A DNA stretch of 17,088 nt from an uncultured bacterium (lineage in GTDB: Bacteria > CSSED10-310 > CAZUFC01). Each line of letters starts with the position of its first letter. The stretch's first letter is position 1. Below the pieces are notes generated by a model, which worked only from the letters and a program-made list of their open reading frames with translations, was not told where the DNA came from and searched no databases. A program made the position numbers and the translations under genes. The stretch spans positions 1-17,088 of the forward strand of contig CAZUFC010000160.1 of assembly GCA_964619725.1 (NCBI GenBank). The letters run 5' to 3'. This document shows positions 1-10,100 of this stretch, piece by piece.

Positions 1-179
1 GCCTTGCCGTGGAAAAAAATTTGCCCTGTGCATGCTTACCGGAAGGACACGAAATATTACTCCGATACCGATATATTTTTCGAGTTTCTTTCTTCTCAGG
101 CACTGAGTTATGCTTTCCGGCATTTCCGCAAAATTGTAAGGATAATCGTACTTTCGGACGGAAAAAAGATTAATGACTG

Positions 180-209
180 TTGACAGGTTATGAACCTTTA
201 TCTCATAAT
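180..209 (+). promoter_or_regulatory. sigma70-type promoter of the OmpA-family gene
   Basis: TTGACA (180-185), 18-nt spacer, CATAAT (204-209); RBS AAGGAGG at 228-234 precedes ATG 240. Confidence 0.6.
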
Positions 210-239
210 CCTTATGTGTTTGCAATTAAGGAGGTTTCT

Positions 240-1712
240 ATGAGACGTTATCACATTTTAATTTCACTTTTTTTGATTACATTTGCAGCCGTTGCCACAT
301 GCAGGGGATATCCCGTGACATGGACCGGCCCGACGGGGTTATTCGAAATTGTGACAGCGGAAGGATTGGAAGGCAGGGACTACAGCTTCAGTTTTTATTT
401 CAACAATTTCGACAGGGAAATAGCTGAAGGCGATTATTCAATCGACTATACGTATTTGTCTTTGCCTTTGGCATACGGGATCACGGACCGTTTTGAGGCG
501 TCCTTTGCGCCTGAATACTTGATGATCCGCCAGGATGAGGTTGAAGATACGGACGGATTCGGCGATATCCTGGTGAACTTAAAGACGACGCTTCTGAGAG
601 AGAACAAAGCGCCGGGAATAGGCCTGCTTCTGTTCGGTAAAGTACCGACAGCGGATGAGGAGGAAGGATTGGGAACGGGCGAGCCTGACTACGGGATCAA
701 GGCGCTGTTGAGCAAGTCTGTGGGGAGCGCCGGTTTACATGCGAATTTCGGATTCATCAAGAAGGGTGATCCCGACTATGTTGATTTTGATGATCAGTTC
801 ATGTACGGCTTGGGATTGAATTTACCTTTGGAAAGCGATTTGCAATTCATCGTGGAGTTGTTAGGCGAGACTGCGTTCAGGGATGATTACGAAGAGCCGC
901 TCGACTTCACGGTCGGCGCCAGGTATACCATGTCGAACGGTCTGACGCTCGGGGGCGGAGTTCGTTACAATCTTTTGATGGATTACGACCATTGTCCTGT
1001 GGGCGGCGTGTTCCACATAGGTTACGCTAAGCCTGAACCGACGCCTGAACCTGTTCCGACGCCTGTGCCGAACAGGCCGCCGCGTGTGACCTGCAGGATA
1101 GAGTCTGCTGAAGTCATACAGGGGCAATATACCAGGGTCACAGCTGAGGCTTACGATCCGGATATGGACATGTTGACCTACGAGTGGAGCGTTGACGGAG
1201 GCAGGATTGAGGGAGAAGGAGCCAGAGTGCGGTATCAAACTGACGATACCGAACCGGGCGGATTTACTATATCGCTGACGGTGAGTGATCCCCAGGGGCT
1301 TACGGACACCTGCAGCCTGGAGGTCCAGGTGATAAAGAAAGCGCCGGAACGCAAGAAGGTCAGGTTGCCGATGTCGCCTATTCCGTTTAAGAAAGGGTCG
1401 AGAGTCGACAATGTTGCGAAAGCATTGCTGGATGATATTGCTGTGACGATCAAGAAGCATCCCGGTGTGAATGTCGCCATAGTGGGTCATACGGATTCCA
1501 CGGGTTCGGAGGAGATCAACCGCAAGGTCGGAAAAAAAAGAGCGGAAAACGTGAAAAAGTATCTTGCAGACCGCCACAACATCAATCCTGACCGTTTAAC
1601 GGTTTTGAGCGCCGGAGAGTCGCAACCCGTTGCGGATAATGATACCGCAGAGGGCCGGGCGAAAAACAGGCGCGTTGAAATCGTTATGGAAGTGTGGCAG
1701 GAAGTGGAGTGA
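240..1712 (+). CDS. OmpA-family outer membrane protein: N-terminal beta-barrel, P/T linker, PKD/Ig-like domain, C-terminal peptidoglycan-binding OmpA-like domain
   Basis: Start moved to ATG 240 (AAGGAGG RBS; signal peptide MRRYHILISLFLITFAAVA). Amphipathic strands with DGFGDI..K, GLGTGEPD and ELLGE motifs of MetA-pathway/'transporter'-type barrels; PEPTPEPVPTP linker; NRPP..AYDPDMDMLTYEW..LTVSDPQG Ig/PKD pattern; OmpA_C motifs GHTDSTG, KRAENV, GESQP, NRRVEI. Confidence 0.9.
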   Translation: MRRYHILISLFLITFAAVATCRGYPVTWTGPTGLFEIVTAEGLEGRDYSFSFYFNNFDREIAEGDYSIDYTYLSLPLAYGITDRFEASFAPEYLMIRQDEVEDTDGFGDILVNLKTTLLRENKAPGIGLLLFGKVPTADEEEGLGTGEPDYGIKALLSKSVGSAGLHANFGFIKKGDPDYVDFDDQFMYGLGLNLPLESDLQFIVELLGETAFRDDYEEPLDFTVGARYTMSNGLTLGGGVRYNLLMDYDHCPVGGVFHIGYAKPEPTPEPVPTPVPNRPPRVTCRIESAEVIQGQYTRVTAEAYDPDMDMLTYEWSVDGGRIEGEGARVRYQTDDTEPGGFTISLTVSDPQGLTDTCSLEVQVIKKAPERKKVRLPMSPIPFKKGSRVDNVAKALLDDIAVTIKKHPGVNVAIVGHTDSTGSEEINRKVGKKRAENVKKYLADRHNINPDRLTVLSAGESQPVADNDTAEGRAKNRRVEIVMEVWQEVE

Positions 1713-1715
1713 TGC

Positions 1716-3590
1716 ATGCCCGTTCGGGGTAAAAATCGACGGATAAGTCTGATTTTATTATTTCTTCTGGGGGTTTCAGAAGTTTGTTTCGCCGCTGTCT
1801 GCACAGGAGAAATAACGTTTTTGGGACCGCCGGGAGGAAATTTTAAATGTATAACTCACGCTCAAGAAGGGATACTGTTCTGCGGAACTCATAACGGACG
1901 GATATTCATGTCGTTGAATTACGGCGAAAAATGGCGCGAAATAACTCCTGAACCATTATCGCACAACGATATTATCGAACGGATCGTCGTGCATCCGAAA
2001 ACGGCGGAGGTTTACGTTTTGGTCCGGAGTTTCGAGGACGGCATGGCGCTTCGGGCGGACCTGCAAAGTATCAGCAACGGAGATGCCGCCTGGGAAACGG
2101 TCATGAACGGCATATCCATTCGTTCGATTGCACTGGTTCCCGACGACCCGCAGACGATATATCTCGGCACGGACGACAGGCCTTATTATACCTATGACGG
2201 CGGAGCGCAATGGCATATTCCGGAATTCGAATTCCCGCATCCGCAGATAGAGTCAATGACAGTCGATCCGCAGGAGGAGGGAACCGTTTACGCGGGCACC
2301 TGGCAGAGAGCCTACAAAAGCATCGATGCCGGTAAAAACTGGTTCCCCATACACGGCGGTATGGCTCCCGATTCTGATGTTTTCTGCCTTATGTTCGACA
2401 AAAAAGGTAATTTATACGCCGGAACATGCGGATATGTCTATATCAGCAGTAATCGGGGAAAAATCTGGGAAAAACTGAGTAAAGGACTGAAAGGAAAAAG
2501 AATACATTCCCTTAAAATCGCCCCTGACGGAAGAATATTGGCCGGGGGAGACACCGGAGCGTATTGCCTGGATGAAAGCAATTCGACCTGGAATGAGCTG
2601 ATTACAGGCATAGTCGTTTACGATATGGCGGTTGATGATGAAGGCGTCATTTACTGCGCAACGGAAAGCCCGGGTATTATTAAACTTCAGGAAAACAAAG
2701 AAGGTTACGTCGCCCTCAACGACGGACTGAACGCTACTTCGCCCGGACGGATAGTCGAGACCGCTCAGGGCAGCCTTGTCGTCGGATTGCACCACCAGCA
2801 TAAAAAAAGCGGGTTATGGATACGGCAGAATGACCACTGGACGCAGCTCGATTTCGATATGCCGGAGGGCAGCATAAATGATTTTCTTACAATGGATAAC
2901 CGGCTTGTCCTGGCGACCAACCGAGGCTGCTTCATTTTGGAATCCTCTCAGGGACTGGGGCGGATTCATTTGCTTGCGGATAAACTGGTTACTTCCATTT
3001 CAAAAACGGGAACAGGCAAAACGATCGCCGCAGGCACGCTGACAGGACTGTACTATATTGACCTCGTCGATTACAGCGTTTTGCCCATAGAGGAGTTTAA
3101 TACAAAAAAAATCAATGCTGTGTGGATGACGTCTCATTTTCCCGGACGTGTTTACGTCGGTTGTGACGATGGACTGTTCTTCTATTCGACTGAACTGGAA
3201 ACCTGGATGAAAAGCGATCTCAAAGCTGAGAATCTGAAAATCTCGGAAATATCCGGCGATCTGTCGCAGAAGAAAATATTCATCGCCTCGGAAGATGGGC
3301 TCCTGATGACCGAGGATCAAGGAATTACCTTCAGCAGACAAACCATGAACCTGCCCGATCTGCCCTGCCGTTCAGTTTCTATGTCTAATACTCATTTATT
3401 CGCCCTATTCAGCGACAACACCATATATGCACGCAAACTGGACAGGTTTGAATGGAAAAAAATAGAACAGGGCAGAGATATACCTTTATGGTCGCTCACC
3501 GCCTCGATATCCGGCGATACTCTGTATGCCGGAACGCACGGTTACGGTGTGCTGTGCATTAAAAAAAGCCTGTGGAATTCCTCAAAATAA
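1716..3590 (+). CDS. secreted BNR/Asp-box (YCF48/sortilin-like) beta-propeller protein, probably two propellers
   Basis: 624-aa ORF starting 3 nt after the upstream stop; signal peptide; Asp-boxes SLNYGEKW, TYDGGAQW, SIDAGKNW, SSNRGKIW, TEDQGITF; repeated (L/V)YAGT blade motifs ending LYAGTHGYGV. Confidence 0.85.
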   Translation: MPVRGKNRRISLILLFLLGVSEVCFAAVCTGEITFLGPPGGNFKCITHAQEGILFCGTHNGRIFMSLNYGEKWREITPEPLSHNDIIERIVVHPKTAEVYVLVRSFEDGMALRADLQSISNGDAAWETVMNGISIRSIALVPDDPQTIYLGTDDRPYYTYDGGAQWHIPEFEFPHPQIESMTVDPQEEGTVYAGTWQRAYKSIDAGKNWFPIHGGMAPDSDVFCLMFDKKGNLYAGTCGYVYISSNRGKIWEKLSKGLKGKRIHSLKIAPDGRILAGGDTGAYCLDESNSTWNELITGIVVYDMAVDDEGVIYCATESPGIIKLQENKEGYVALNDGLNATSPGRIVETAQGSLVVGLHHQHKKSGLWIRQNDHWTQLDFDMPEGSINDFLTMDNRLVLATNRGCFILESSQGLGRIHLLADKLVTSISKTGTGKTIAAGTLTGLYYIDLVDYSVLPIEEFNTKKINAVWMTSHFPGRVYVGCDDGLFFYSTELETWMKSDLKAENLKISEISGDLSQKKIFIASEDGLLMTEDQGITFSRQTMNLPDLPCRSVSMSNTHLFALFSDNTIYARKLDRFEWKKIEQGRDIPLWSLTASISGDTLYAGTHGYGVLCIKKSLWNSSK

Positions 3591-3606
3591 ATAATGCAGA
3601 AACCGC

Positions 3607-4821
3607 TTATTCAACGGATAAATCGTACGAAATGCCGAAATCGACGGAATAAGCCGTCGGGGGAGAGCCGTCGCCTTCTTCGGCATAGATGCTTCCGCCC
3701 AGCTTTATTGTTAGGGCAGAGGTTTCCAGGACAGTTCTGATGCAGGTACGATGGATATGTCCGCTTAACTCGAAATGCCGCCACTCTTCAGAATCATCAG
3801 GATAAGCGATGAATTCGTAACCCGCAGCGATGATGAGCGAAGAACGGAGCGTTCTGATATAACCCAGGCCGGTTTTGAAGGTGTGTTCGATCACAGGGGG
3901 CTGCAGGTCTATCTCAGGAGTAAGCTGTTTGTAAAGATTGCCGCCCCAATACCCGTATTCCATGCTAAGCTGAATGATGTTGGACTCGTCCCGGGAAATA
4001 TCAAAGCCGGCATTGATCTTCAGGGGCATCCTCATGCTGATACGGTCGGTCGAACGGGAATCCCCCAATTCGGTTTCGCCTTCCAACCTGAAATTCGAAG
4101 CGTATTCGGCAAATGTCCTGAAATTGAAATGAGAACCCTCATATATCAGGCCGCATTGTATTCCCGTAGCGTAACCGGAATAGCGTCCGTCAAGGTTTAT
4201 CTCATAATCGGCAAAACGATCGGAAGCCCCGTAGAAACGGTATTCTTTTTCAGTATGAAAACGCATTTCACCGAAATAAATAACCGGAGCGAATGCAGCG
4301 GTAATCCGTTCCGTGAGTTTTCTGCCCAGGGCAGAACGGAACCGGTAAAAATGAATATTGTGATTGACGGCGAGGCGTATGGAATCCATGGTGCCGGTTT
4401 CATAGTTGATAAAGTAATAATAATCGCTGAATTTGAAAATGTTGACTCCGGAAAGTTGGAATTCTGCAGACCAGAACCAGTTCGATATCCTTCCGCTCAA
4501 CAGTAACGAAAAGGGAAATAAATCATCATCTTGCTCAGGCGCCGGAAACCTGTCCGGTTCAATACGGTACCTCTCATGAAAGAATGTCCGGTTTTTTTTA
4601 ACCTTAATACCTGTTCTCCGGCGGTTATAAAACCACGAAAAAGAAAATTGTATCGTTGAAGCGTCGGTAAAAAAAGCGGGATTCTCATCGGCAGAATCCG
4701 GCATAAGACTTGACAGACAGGGAAAAGGACGCAACGGGGCGAATTGAGCGTTTGCACTCTCCTCGACCGGGACCAGGAGTAAAAATACTAGAAAAAGGGC
4801 AGGTTTTAATGAAAATTTCAT
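3607..4821 (-). CDS. outer membrane beta-barrel protein, OmpP1/FadL/TodX-like
   Basis: 404 aa; signal peptide ending ANA; NPA motif near the N-terminus (DSADENPAFF) as in the FadL hatch; aromatic alternating strands; terminal strand YSVDFGISYDL. Confidence 0.65.
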   Translation of the reverse strand: MKFSLKPALFLVFLLLVPVEESANAQFAPLRPFPCLSSLMPDSADENPAFFTDASTIQFSFSWFYNRRRTGIKVKKNRTFFHERYRIEPDRFPAPEQDDDLFPFSLLLSGRISNWFWSAEFQLSGVNIFKFSDYYYFINYETGTMDSIRLAVNHNIHFYRFRSALGRKLTERITAAFAPVIYFGEMRFHTEKEYRFYGASDRFADYEINLDGRYSGYATGIQCGLIYEGSHFNFRTFAEYASNFRLEGETELGDSRSTDRISMRMPLKINAGFDISRDESNIIQLSMEYGYWGGNLYKQLTPEIDLQPPVIEHTFKTGLGYIRTLRSSLIIAAGYEFIAYPDDSEEWRHFELSGHIHRTCIRTVLETSALTIKLGGSIYAEEGDGSPPTAYSVDFGISYDLSVE

Positions 4822-5009
4822 GGCGGTTACTCAACCTCACTGCAAAGCGCTCGATAAAACTTTTGTTCTCAATGAGCCGGACCGGCTTTCGGAGTAAAAA
4901 CGTACAGTAATGCACAGCTCTTTTCAACAGAAATCGAGACCTAAAAGTTCCGATATAAGAAAAATGAAAATTGAGAAAAACGCCGCAAATTGTGTGGTAA
5001 AGCCTTTAG

Positions 5010-5494
5010 CCCCTATTTCTCATGCCAAACCTGTTACGAACATCCATATCCATGCACCTTCAAACACTGCTCCCTGTGGACTTGCTCAACATAGCGCCGC
5101 TATGCTTCCGCAGGCCTTCGGTCCGCCGCAATCGAATCTGCAGAGGAGTCGTGTTTCTTATACGTTGACTGAGCAAATCCGCAGCCTGACGCAGTATTGG
5201 GGGAAATTCGCCTTTTATGGGCAAAAACTAACTGAATCCAGCCGCATGCGGCTTTGGCATTAAAATAATAGGAACAGATCATTACGTTTAAAGCAAAAAA
5301 CATTAAAAATGGATTCGTTGCCGTGAGCGTGATCGAAATCGAAACAAAATGAAGGAAAAAGCCGACCGGACGACATGAAAAGCATGATTATTTCAATAGA
5401 TTAACAGAAACCAGGAAGCGACAATTTGGAAGCGCAAAAAAAGCCTTTAAAAACGATGGGTTCTACATTCGTTAAATTTCGTGAGAAATCCGGG
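5010..5494. mobile_element. putative non-autonomous element (MITE) with IS1380-like ends and 4-bp TTAG target duplication
   Basis: Left end CCCCTATTTCTCATG (5010-5024) vs reverse complement of right end CCCGGATTTCTCACG (5480-5494), 12/15; TTAG directly flanks both sides (5006-5009, 5495-5498); no transposase-like ORF inside. Confidence 0.55.
5074..5184. repeat. nested inverted repeat / REP-like hairpin
   Basis: CTGTGGACTTGCTCA (5074-5088) vs TGAGCAAATCCGCAG (5170-5184), 13/15 complementary; inner hairpin CATAGC-GCC-GCTATG (5090-5104). Confidence 0.6.
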
Positions 5495-6610
5495 TTAGCC
5501 GCCCGACGCCGGCAAACGTGCAGAGAATACATATAAAAGGCTCTGGTAATTCCGTTGTCCGAGGAACATGTCGCTGCGAAATACTGCAGCTTTTTCGAAG
5601 CCGACGGCTGCATGGAAACGGATTGATGCAGCATTACATCTTGGGTGCAGTGCGACGAAAGCGCATGGAAGCAGTTCTGAATGCTTTTTCAGCAACCAAC
5701 GATAGAAGCTTCTGCCTATGCCCCGGCCGTCATGCACGGGATTCACAGCCACTTGTTCAATATGGAGGATATCCCGATTGCGGACGCCCTGCTCAAGATG
5801 CGGGTCGAGCCAGATGAGGGAGGAAAGGATGTTTTCATCTATTTTCCAGTCTACCTTTGTGTATGCCATAACAGCCGTGCCCTTTGTCGCCGCGTAAAGT
5901 CTTGCAGGACGATCAGTTAAAAGTTTGTTCAGGTCAGGCTCCGAGAGTTCCTCCAGGAGAAATGCGTCATCAAGGTTATCTTCCAGGTAGGCCCGGTTAA
6001 TCGCTGATATCTGCGTGACGTCATCCGGCAGCGCGGCGCGGAACGTCAGAATATTCTCACGACGAACATCACGGAAACAGAAAATCCTGACCAGCAGCGC
6101 CGTGAGCATGACGATTGCGCCGAGCTGCACCGTACTGAACGAATGTTGCAGCCAGATAACCATGAAAAATCCTGTACCGTAGCCGGTGAGTCCCAGGACT
6201 TTCTGTACAATCCACCACTTACGGAGTTTATAAGATTGTTCGGGGCTCTGGCGGATGTGATTGATCACCCAGAAGAAGTCTACGACGCCCAAGGCAAGAA
6301 AAGTGGCCGCAAGCTTTACCGGCTCCTGGAAATGGACAAAGAGAAACTCAAGTACGATAAGTCCGGCAAAGTCAATGCCGAATTCGGCTGGGGTGGCTAT
6401 GAACTGCTTCTCGACGTAACTCGCCCAGTCCCACCAGTAAAGCGCTACGATTACAGTCACGAAGAGCGCCAGAACGATACGGAACCAGTTCTCAATGCTC
6501 AGTTCGAGAGTGAAGATGACGTTGGTGATGCCTATGCCTATCAGGATTGCATACAGCACTCCGACGAATTTTGTAATGAATTTTTTATGCAGTGTCTCAT
6601 CAGTGTTCAT
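5495..6610 (-). CDS. integral membrane protein (~6 TM) fused to a C-terminal GNAT N-acetyltransferase
   Basis: First ~180 aa are successive hydrophobic helices; GNAT start FRAALPDDVTQISAIN, motif A HIEQVAVNPVHDGRGIGRSFY, motif B NAASIRFHAAVGFE; GGAGA RBS upstream. Confidence 0.85.
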   Translation of the reverse strand: MNTDETLHKKFITKFVGVLYAILIGIGITNVIFTLELSIENWFRIVLALFVTVIVALYWWDWASYVEKQFIATPAEFGIDFAGLIVLEFLFVHFQEPVKLAATFLALGVVDFFWVINHIRQSPEQSYKLRKWWIVQKVLGLTGYGTGFFMVIWLQHSFSTVQLGAIVMLTALLVRIFCFRDVRRENILTFRAALPDDVTQISAINRAYLEDNLDDAFLLEELSEPDLNKLLTDRPARLYAATKGTAVMAYTKVDWKIDENILSSLIWLDPHLEQGVRNRDILHIEQVAVNPVHDGRGIGRSFYRWLLKKHSELLPCAFVALHPRCNAASIRFHAAVGFEKAAVFRSDMFLGQRNYQSLLYVFSARLPASGG

Positions 6611-6996
6611 TCGACATCTCCCGGACCCGGACTATGGCCGCATAGAAACTCGCAACACCTCCCCAATTTGGATTTTTCATTGCCGAAACAAGTCTCAGAC
6701 ATTCGCTGTCGAACGCACTTAAATCTCTTGATTTCTTGCGCACGAAATGTTTGCTGATCAGCGCTTTTCGTTCTGAAGTAAATTTTCTCATGTTTATTCA
6801 AACCGCCTCAATTTTGTGGGGATGTCGTATGGAAGCAACATTGAACAGCGCGTTGTCGGTCCTCCATCCTTTCGGTCAGTCTATTTCCGCCTGCGTTCAT
6901 CATTGAAAATCAATGACTTTTTATCAGATTTTCCGTGTGGAGTCAATTCGCTTCAAGGAACTCTTAAATTCAGATTTTCGAGCCTCAAGAAATAAT

Positions 6997-7025
6997 TTGA
7001 GAACATACTGTTTTTTGAGTATAGT
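6997..7025 (+). promoter_or_regulatory. sigma70-type promoter candidate for the large surface protein gene
   Basis: TTGAGA (6997-7002), 17-nt spacer, TATAGT (7020-7025) in AT-rich intergenic DNA. Confidence 0.5.
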
Positions 7026-7190
7026 ATTTTTCGGAGATTCAACAAAAACAAAGGCGTTTGGAATTGAACGGCATATTTTTTTGGGAGAACGGTAGTGGAT
7101 TTCTTCATACTTCGAATGCATCGTGAAAATTTCACAGAGTTCTGATCGGTCATTCGAGGGGCGGCAGGATTTTTTAAGGGAGTCAGTTTG

Positions 7191-10100
7191 ATGAGAGAAC
7201 AAATATGTTTTGTTGTGGTTTTACTGATGGTTGCGTTGTTTCCTTATGTGTCCGTTATGAAAGCAGCCGTTACACAGGATAAAGCGGTGGGAGAATCAGT
7301 CGGGATCATACACGGGAGCTGTCTTGCGTTCATTCCGGAACATGCTGATATGTCGATCAAAGGTCTTGGATTCTCGGCTGACGATTACGGGGTTCGAGAA
7401 GGAATATGGTCTTCGGAAGGAAGTCAACGGTCTCCGGGTGATCATTTCTTTTCCGCCATGCTGAGTCAGACGCCTTCGCCCGTTTTTACGGCTACGCCGG
7501 TTCCCACACCGGCTCCGACGACGGCCTGGACGGATGATCCGGTTGAAAACATCAAGGTAACAGCGCTTTCGGGTGATTTCTGGGGACATCGTATCATATC
7601 GGACGGTATGGGCGGATACATCGTCAGTTGGTGCAGTGAAGAGGGCGCGTTCGCTCAGAAATTCAACGATGCGGGTAACCGGATGTGGGGAGAGAACGGA
7701 ATCAGGATAGCCGGCGATGCGACGGATTTTTATGGCAGTCCGAGATTGTGCACAGACGGCATGGGCGGCGCTTTATTTTTCTGGTCGGCTTATCACGAGG
7801 GTGGAGAATATGAGGTTTGGGGACAGAGGGCGGATGCTGCGGGAAATTTACAATGGGGATTGAACGGCCAAAGGATAGGCGACGCCGGCGAAGAAGCTGT
7901 CTGTCCTGCGGCGGCGACGGATGGAAACAACGGCGCGTATGTTTTCTGGGCGGGGGAGCTTATGTATGCTCAGAGAATAGACGCCGAGGGGAATTCTCTC
8001 TGGTCGGAAAAGATTCTAATCGATACCGGCGGATATTCGCCTCAGATCGTTAGCGACGGACGCGACGGCGCAATATTAACCTACAAAAAATGGACCTACA
8101 GTTATTATGATATATGGGCGCAACGGCTCAATCCGCTCGGTATGAAGCTGTGGGGAAACAATTCATTACTGGTGAGCGGCGCTTTCAATTATCAGGAATG
8201 TCCCAGGGTCGTATCCGACGGCGCGGGCGGCGGGGTATTTGCGTATAAAAGCCGGAGCGTAGGCCTCTACAGCATTTTTATGCAAAGAGTTGAATACGAC
8301 GGGACCCCTTCGTGGATTGATGATGGGATTTGCTTTTATGACGGAGAGGTTGATGAGACTCATCTGGTTTCCGACGGAGCTGGCGGCGCTGTCGTCGTCT
8401 GGCGGGCAGCATCTGATTCCAACATATATGCCGGTCGCGTCGATGCCGACGGCAATTCCGTATGGAACGATCCCGTGCCGTTAACGGACCACGGAATGGT
8501 GGATGATTTTGCAAATTCTCCTCCGGCGGCGGTCACAGACGGCATGGGCGGCCTTATTGCCTTTTTTACCGTCTGGGACACGACAATTTACAAATATAGA
8601 TTGATGGGACAGCGAGTCGATTCATCGGGCAATCTCCTCTGGGGTATGAACGGGATAACCGTCAGCGGCGATCATGATACTGCGAAGAGTTGCGCTCGTG
8701 CAGCAGCCTGCGCAGAAGGTTGGGGAGGCGCAGTAGTTTGCTGGCAGGACGACCGCGATGGATTCAGCGACATTTATATAATGGGCGTCGATTCAGACGG
8801 CGGCCTGGGGGAGCCATGCACTCTGCTGCTGACCCCGATACCCTCAACTCCAGTATCCCCCACTCCGATCCACACCTTCACACCAACGCCGAATACCACC
8901 TGGAGCGTCGATACTTCTGAAAACCTTCTGGTCAGAGAATCAAGGACTGACGATGCTTATGCCCACAGAATCATTTCCGACGGCTTCGGAGGATTCATAG
9001 TTGTATGGTCATATGAAATGAGAATCAGCAAGGGCAATCGGTACTACATTGCAGCGCAGAAATTCAATGAATTGGGAAACAGAATGTGGGGACCCGACGG
9101 CGTTCTAGTCTGTGATTATCCTACAGAACCCTTTGGACCGCGGGTATGCGCCGACGGTTCGGGCGGCGCTTACTTCGTCTGGTATGACTATAATGATGAG
9201 GTTAGGGCTCAAAGAATAACCGCCGCCGGCGTCGTCGCCTGGCAGCCGAACGGCGTCCGGTTGTCGTCTGAGGACGAATACGGATATTGCCCGTTCGCCG
9301 CTTCGGGCGGAAACAACGGCGCTTATTTCGTCTGGACGGGATACAAGACTCTTGTGCAGAGAGTCAGCCCCAGTGGAACAGTTTGCTGGAACTCGCCGGT
9401 CGAGGTCGGAGCAGATTACGGATGGAGCGGCAAAATAACGGAAGACGGCACAGGCGGTTGCATCGTTGTGTGGATGCAGTACGGCAATGATTGGGACGAC
9501 GATATTTATATGCAGCGGCTGGATGCTAATGGAGTGAAGAAATGGGGCGAAGGCGGTTTCTGCGTATGTAATGCGGTCGATGATCAGGAATGTCCGAGGA
9601 TTATTTCCGATGGAAAAGGCGGCGCTTTTGTCATGTGGACGGATGAAAGAGACCCGGAGGACGCAATTTACGTGCAAAAAGTACGACCTCGCGGTTCTGC
9701 CGCCTGGGAAACGAATGGAGTTTGCGTTTCCGATTTTCCCGCACGTTCCTGGGGAGGACACTATATGGTCCATGACGGAACCGGCGGCGTTATAGCCGTC
9801 TGGCGCACTACGGACTATACTTTAAGAGCTAAGCGGATAGATTCATCCGGGGATAATGCCTGGCTCGGCAGCGAAGCTTTATCGACCATCGGCAGCATTA
9901 TTGATGTCGCCTACTCGCCTGTTCATGCCGTAACAGACGGCTTCGACGGCGCTATAGCTGCCTGGGTCGGGTATGACGAAACACTGGACCAGGATGTCGT
10001 TTATGCACAGAGAATTACCGGCAGAGGTTCTTTTCCCTGGGGACCCGGAGGTATAGTATTATGCGACAACAGTGAAGAGGAAATGAGCTGCGTCAGGGTC

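Noticed and set aside
180-239. TTG start at 180 given by the ORF track
   Set aside because: It overlaps the -35 box; ATG 240 has a perfect RBS and begins the signal peptide
4910-5303. ORFs 4910-5263 (+) and 5100-5303 (-)
   Set aside because: They run through palindromic repeat DNA, with no RBS or recognisable motifs
861-6757. Long antisense ORFs (861-1577, 3775-4506, 6143-6757)
   Set aside because: Shadow frames opposite genes with clear domain motifs
6607-6801. 64-aa minus-strand ORF overlapping the GNAT start by ATGA
   Set aside because: TTG start, no recognisable motifs; cannot be distinguished from chance without conservation data
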